DNA of 64,000 nucleotides from Escherichia coli (GTDB lineage Bacteria; Pseudomonadota; Gammaproteobacteria; Enterobacterales; Enterobacteriaceae): NCBI RefSeq assembly GCF_013315695.1, contig NZ_CP054353.1; one strand, 5' to 3'. Shown piece by piece: positions 60,069 to 64,000 of this stretch (position 1 is its first letter; each line of letters starts with the position of its first letter). The notes under the pieces were generated by a model. It saw only the letters and a program-made list of their open reading frames with translations, ran no database searches and was not told where the DNA came from. The position numbers and the translations under genes were made by a program.

Positions 60069-60371
60069 ATGAGCATGGTTAAACATAAACGAGGGACCTC
60101 CTCTACACTCGATGTGCAGCATGAGGCCGAACTGAAGGCGCTGGCGAATAAATCCGACGAAGATATTGATTACAGTGATATCCCACCTTCCAGCGATGAG
60201 CAATGGTCTAACGCCGAACGCGGTAAGTTTTATCGGCCATTGAAAACTCAGGCTTCGGTGCGTATTGATGCTGATGTGATGGAATGGTTGAAGCGACCAG
60301 GTAAAGGCTATCAAACTCGCCTGAACGCAATTTTACGTGAAGCGATGCTGCGCGATCAGAACAAAAAATAA
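60069..60371 (+). CDS. BrnA-like antitoxin
   Basis: 100-aa product MSMVKHKRGTSSTLDVQHEAELKALANKSDEDIDYSDIPPSSDEQWSNAERGKFYRP... directly after the toxin remnant. Confidence 0.6.
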   Translation: MSMVKHKRGTSSTLDVQHEAELKALANKSDEDIDYSDIPPSSDEQWSNAERGKFYRPLKTQASVRIDADVMEWLKRPGKGYQTRLNAILREAMLRDQNKK

Positions 60372-60404
60372 TTCAGGCCGCCACATGGCGGCCATCATCC
60401 AAAA

Positions 60405-61361
60405 TTACTTCCTCAACCCCGCAAACGCTGCCCGAATCTCTTCCTCCGGCAACTGAATCCCGATAAACACCATCGTGCTATGCGGTTTTTCATCGCCCCA
60501 CGGGCGGTCCCAGTCGGCGCTGTAGAGGCGTTGGACGCCCTGGAATAGCAGGCGGTTAGGTTCGCCGTCAATCCATAGCATCCCTTTGTAACGCAGTAGT
60601 TTATCCGCCGACTCCAGCAGCAGGTTTTCCATCACCCGGGAAACTTCGCTGATATCTACCGGGTAATCCAGTTCCACCACAATCGACGAAATATCGTTTT
60701 GTTTGTCCGTGATAAAGTGGAAACGCGGTTTGGTGCTGACGACGTTTTCTTCCAGCATAAAACCGTTGGTGTTGAACAGAAGGCCCAGGTCGATATCGCC
60801 GTGGGTAACGGTGTAGACCGGTGCGCGGGCGTTGATGCGCGCCAGGCGTTCACGCAGTTTCTCTGCTTCGCCTGCGACGTCGGTTTTCGTCAGCAGAATA
60901 CGGTCGGCGTAGCCAACCTGGGACTGGGCGATGGTGAACTGGTTCATCTGCTCATCGGCATGTACCGCATCCACCAGCGCAATCACGCCGTCCAGCAGGT
61001 AGCGCTGGCATAAAATCTCATGGGAGAAAAAGGTCTGAATAATCGGGCCGGGATCGGCCATGCCGGTGCATTCAATGACCAGACGGTCGAACTGAATATT
61101 GCCCTTGTCGAGATTATCCAGCAGGTCGAGTAGTGCGTCTTCCAGCTCGTTGGAGCGCGAACAGCAGATGCAGCCGTTGGTCAGCGTTTTGATCTGCGTG
61201 GCGCGGTCGCCAATCAGTTGATCATCAACGGAGACTTCGCCGAATTCGTTTTCAATCACGGCAATCTTGTAGCCGTGTTGTTCGTTAAGAATATGGCGCA
61301 GCAGGGTGGTTTTGCCCGCGCCTAAAAAACCGGTGAGTAGGGTAACTGCAATCGGGTTCAT
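60405..61361 (-). CDS. yjiA: CobW/HypB-family P-loop GTPase
   Basis: 318-aa product MNPIAVTLLTGFLGAGKTTLLRHILNEQHGYKIAVIENEFGEVSVDDQ...; CxCC motif (GCICCS). Confidence 0.9.
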   Translation of the reverse strand: MNPIAVTLLTGFLGAGKTTLLRHILNEQHGYKIAVIENEFGEVSVDDQLIGDRATQIKTLTNGCICCSRSNELEDALLDLLDNLDKGNIQFDRLVIECTGMADPGPIIQTFFSHEILCQRYLLDGVIALVDAVHADEQMNQFTIAQSQVGYADRILLTKTDVAGEAEKLRERLARINARAPVYTVTHGDIDLGLLFNTNGFMLEENVVSTKPRFHFITDKQNDISSIVVELDYPVDISEVSRVMENLLLESADKLLRYKGMLWIDGEPNRLLFQGVQRLYSADWDRPWGDEKPHSTMVFIGIQLPEEEIRAAFAGLRK

Positions 61362-61371
61362 GCTCTCTCCA

Positions 61372-61575
61372 TTAACAACAGCGCATACCGCCTTTACCAT
61401 CGCCGCCGTAGCGTGCGTTCTGGCGTTCGCGGAAGAATTCTTCATAGCTCATGTACGGCTTGTCGGGATGGTTGGTCTTCATATGCTCGACGTAGTTGTC
61501 GTAGTCTGGAATGCCAATCAACATCTTCGCCGCCTGGCCGAGATATTTTTTTGCCTGTCCTAAGTTACCAAACAT
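61372..61575 (-). CDS. yjiX: DUF466 small protein
   Basis: 67-aa ORF between btsT and yjiA. Confidence 0.8.
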
Positions 61576-61624
61576 AGTTCACTCTGATAAGAACAAAGCC
61601 CCGCCGAAGCGGGGCTAAACACGG

Positions 61625-63775
61625 TTAGTGGTGCGAAGAGATCTTCACGCCGCCTTCCGGGATTGGAACGTACGGTGTTTCTTTGTCAGTACGTTTGTCG
61701 CTGTTACGCACCGCAAGCCAGGTTTTGAAACCGTAGAAGATGATGCTGTACACCACAATCAGGAACAGAATACTCAGACCTGCGTTGGTGTAGTTGTTCA
61801 CAACGATGTGGTTCATGTTGGCAATCTGCTGCGTCGTCAGGTCAGTACCGTTAGCAATCTTCTCTTTGTACTGGCTTGCCATGTAGAAGAAGCCTTCCAT
61901 CTGCGGGTTGGTGCTGAACAGTTTCAGGCCCAGCGCCCAGGTGGTGCAGATAAGCAGCCATACAGCCGGAACAACAGTTACCCAGATGTATTGGGTGCGC
62001 TTCATCTTAATCAGCACAACGGTGCCCAGTACCAGCGCTACGGCTGCCAGCATCTGGTTGGAAATACCGAACAGCGGCCACAGGCTCTTAACGCCGCCCA
62101 GCGGATCGACCACGCCCTGATACAGCAGGTAGCCCCACAGACCCACACAGCCCGCAGTACCGATGATACCGGCAACCAGAGAGTCGGTTTTTTTCAGGAA
62201 CGGGATGAAGTTACCCAGCAGGTCTTGCAGCATAAAGCGGCCAGAACGGGTACCCGCATCCAGCGCGGTCAGGATGAACAGTGCTTCGAACAGAATACCG
62301 AAGTGATACCAGAAGCCCATGTCAGCCATCGGCAGCACTTTGTGGAACACGTGAGCGATACCTACCGCCAGCGTCGGCGCACCACCTGCACGGTTCAGGA
62401 CAGAAGGCTCACCAATGTCTTTCGCGGTTTGCAGGATCTGCTCTGGCGAAATCACGAAGCCCCAAGAGCTGACGGTCGCTGCCGCGTGTGCGGTAACGTC
62501 TTTCAGCTGCGCCATGATGATCGGCGCGTTCTCGCCCCCCATTTCATGCAGGTTAGGCATGGTGATGCCAAGGCCAGCAGGCGGGGTGTTCATCGCGAAG
62601 TAAAGACCCGGTTCGATGATGGACGCAGCAACCAGCGCCATAATCGCCACGAAGGACTCCATCAGCATTGCGCCGTAGCCGATGAAACGCGCGTCGGTTT
62701 CATTAGCCAGCAGTTTTGGCGTCGTACCGGAAGAGATCAGCGCGTGGAAGCCAGATACCGCACCACAGGCGATGGTGATGAACAGGAACGGGAACAGAGC
62801 GCCTTTCCACAGCGGGCCAGTACCGTCAATGTACTGGGTCATGGCAGGCATTTTCAGTTCCGGGTTCAGCACCACGATACCCAGCGCCAGGCCGACGATA
62901 ACGCCGATTTTCAGGAAGGTTGCCAGATAGTCGCGCGGTGCGAGGATCAGCCACACTGGCAGCAGTGCGGAAACAAACGCATAGCCAATCAGCGCGAAGG
63001 TAATGGTGGTGTCTTTAAAGGTCAGTGCCGGACCCCAGTACGGATCGTGAGCAATCACGCCACCGAAGTAGATAGAGGCAACCAGCAGCACGATACCAAT
63101 GACAGAGACTTCACCCACACGCCCCGGACGAATAAAGCGCATGTAGATACCCATAAACAGCGCAATCGGTACGGTTGAGCAAACGGTGAAGACACCCCAC
63201 GGACTTTCGGCCAGGGCTTTAACCACAATCAGCGCCAGGACGGCGAGGATGATGATCATGATTAAGAAACAGCCAAACAGCGCGATAGTCCCCGGTACTG
63301 GTCCCATCTCTTCTTTGATCATCTCACCAAGAGATGCGCCATTACGGCGAGAGGAGATAAACAGCACCATAAAGTCCTGAACCGCACCGGCCAGCACGAC
63401 CCCCGCCAGCAGCCACAGCGTGCCAGGCAGGTAGCCCATCTGCGCGGCGAGAACCGGACCCACCAGCGGACCAGCACCGGCGATAGCGGCGAAGTGGTGA
63501 CCAAACAACACGTAACGGTTGGTCGGAACGTAGTTCAGACCGTCGTTGTTAATAACCGCAGGCGTCGCGCGCGTGGGGTCGAGTTTCATCACCTTCTGGG
63601 CGATGTACAGACTGTAGTAGCGATACGCCACCAGATACACCGACACAGAGGCGACCACGATCCACAGGGCGCTGACGTGCTCCCCCCGACGTAATGCAAC
63701 TACCGCGAGGCAGAATGCACCGATGATTCCGAGAATCACCCAGGGTATGTGCTTGAATATCTTTTTAGTATCCAT
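61625..63775 (-). CDS. btsT: CstA-family pyruvate/H+ symporter
   Basis: 716-aa product from MDTKKIFKHIPWVILGIIGAFCLAVVALRRGEHVSALW; large polytopic CstA-like transporter. Confidence 0.9.
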   Translation of the reverse strand: MDTKKIFKHIPWVILGIIGAFCLAVVALRRGEHVSALWIVVASVSVYLVAYRYYSLYIAQKVMKLDPTRATPAVINNDGLNYVPTNRYVLFGHHFAAIAGAGPLVGPVLAAQMGYLPGTLWLLAGVVLAGAVQDFMVLFISSRRNGASLGEMIKEEMGPVPGTIALFGCFLIMIIILAVLALIVVKALAESPWGVFTVCSTVPIALFMGIYMRFIRPGRVGEVSVIGIVLLVASIYFGGVIAHDPYWGPALTFKDTTITFALIGYAFVSALLPVWLILAPRDYLATFLKIGVIVGLALGIVVLNPELKMPAMTQYIDGTGPLWKGALFPFLFITIACGAVSGFHALISSGTTPKLLANETDARFIGYGAMLMESFVAIMALVAASIIEPGLYFAMNTPPAGLGITMPNLHEMGGENAPIIMAQLKDVTAHAAATVSSWGFVISPEQILQTAKDIGEPSVLNRAGGAPTLAVGIAHVFHKVLPMADMGFWYHFGILFEALFILTALDAGTRSGRFMLQDLLGNFIPFLKKTDSLVAGIIGTAGCVGLWGYLLYQGVVDPLGGVKSLWPLFGISNQMLAAVALVLGTVVLIKMKRTQYIWVTVVPAVWLLICTTWALGLKLFSTNPQMEGFFYMASQYKEKIANGTDLTTQQIANMNHIVVNNYTNAGLSILFLIVVYSIIFYGFKTWLAVRNSDKRTDKETPYVPIPEGGVKISSHH

Positions 63776-64000
63776 AGTAAAACCTGGCATGTATTGATTA
63801 ATAGTTGGCCGAAGCCGTTCTAGGTTTGCGTTGCGTTTGAGGAGGTAAATTGACCGCTATCCTGTAGTGATGTTGCCAGAGTTACGCGCGCGTAAAGTAA
63901 GGTAAATAACTGAGTGGTTATTTTAGGGATGTAAGCGGTCAGTTTTGCGGTTGAGCGGCAAAGGCGTCGTTTAAGTGACGATAAATATGTGATTCATATC

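Noticed and set aside
61628-63178. 516-aa plus-strand ORF
   Set aside because: Wholly antisense to btsT, with Arg/His-rich low-complexity translation typical of a reverse frame of a membrane-protein gene.

Overview
Enterobacterial (E. coli-like) chromosomal window with four parts. (1) 1-13.3 kb: the distal end of a CP4-type genomic island (YeeP-family GTPase, Antigen 43/flu, YeeR-like membrane protein, DUF932, anti-restriction, RadC-like, CbeA/CbtA type IV toxin-antitoxin, YeeW-like), ending at a degenerate tRNA-Leu 3'-end-like repeat. (2) 13.7-23.1 kb: a tightly coupled, AT-rich three-gene operon encoding an SNF2-family ATPase, a Mod-like amino-methyltransferase with a ~500-aa N-terminal domain of unknown function, and a Type III Res-like helicase with a candidate C-terminal PD-(D/E)xK nuclease. 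This does not fit a canonical Type III R-M or DISARM layout and is the main candidate for an undescribed defence system. (3) 24.4-43.1 kb: core genes nanSMC, fimB-fimE-fimS-fimAICDFGH, gntP, uxuABR; fimB carries an in-frame amber stop and the fim switch appears to be in the OFF orientation. (4) 43.2-64 kb: four IS1 copies with readable 9-bp target duplications, a yjiC gene split into two halves about 14 kb apart, an inverted iraD-to-mdtM block, absence of the hsd/mcr/mrr immigration-control genes, a frameshifted BrnT-like toxin with intact BrnA-like antitoxin, then yjiA-yjiX-btsT. All calls rest on reading the sequence and the ORF track against remembered protein families; no database search was run.
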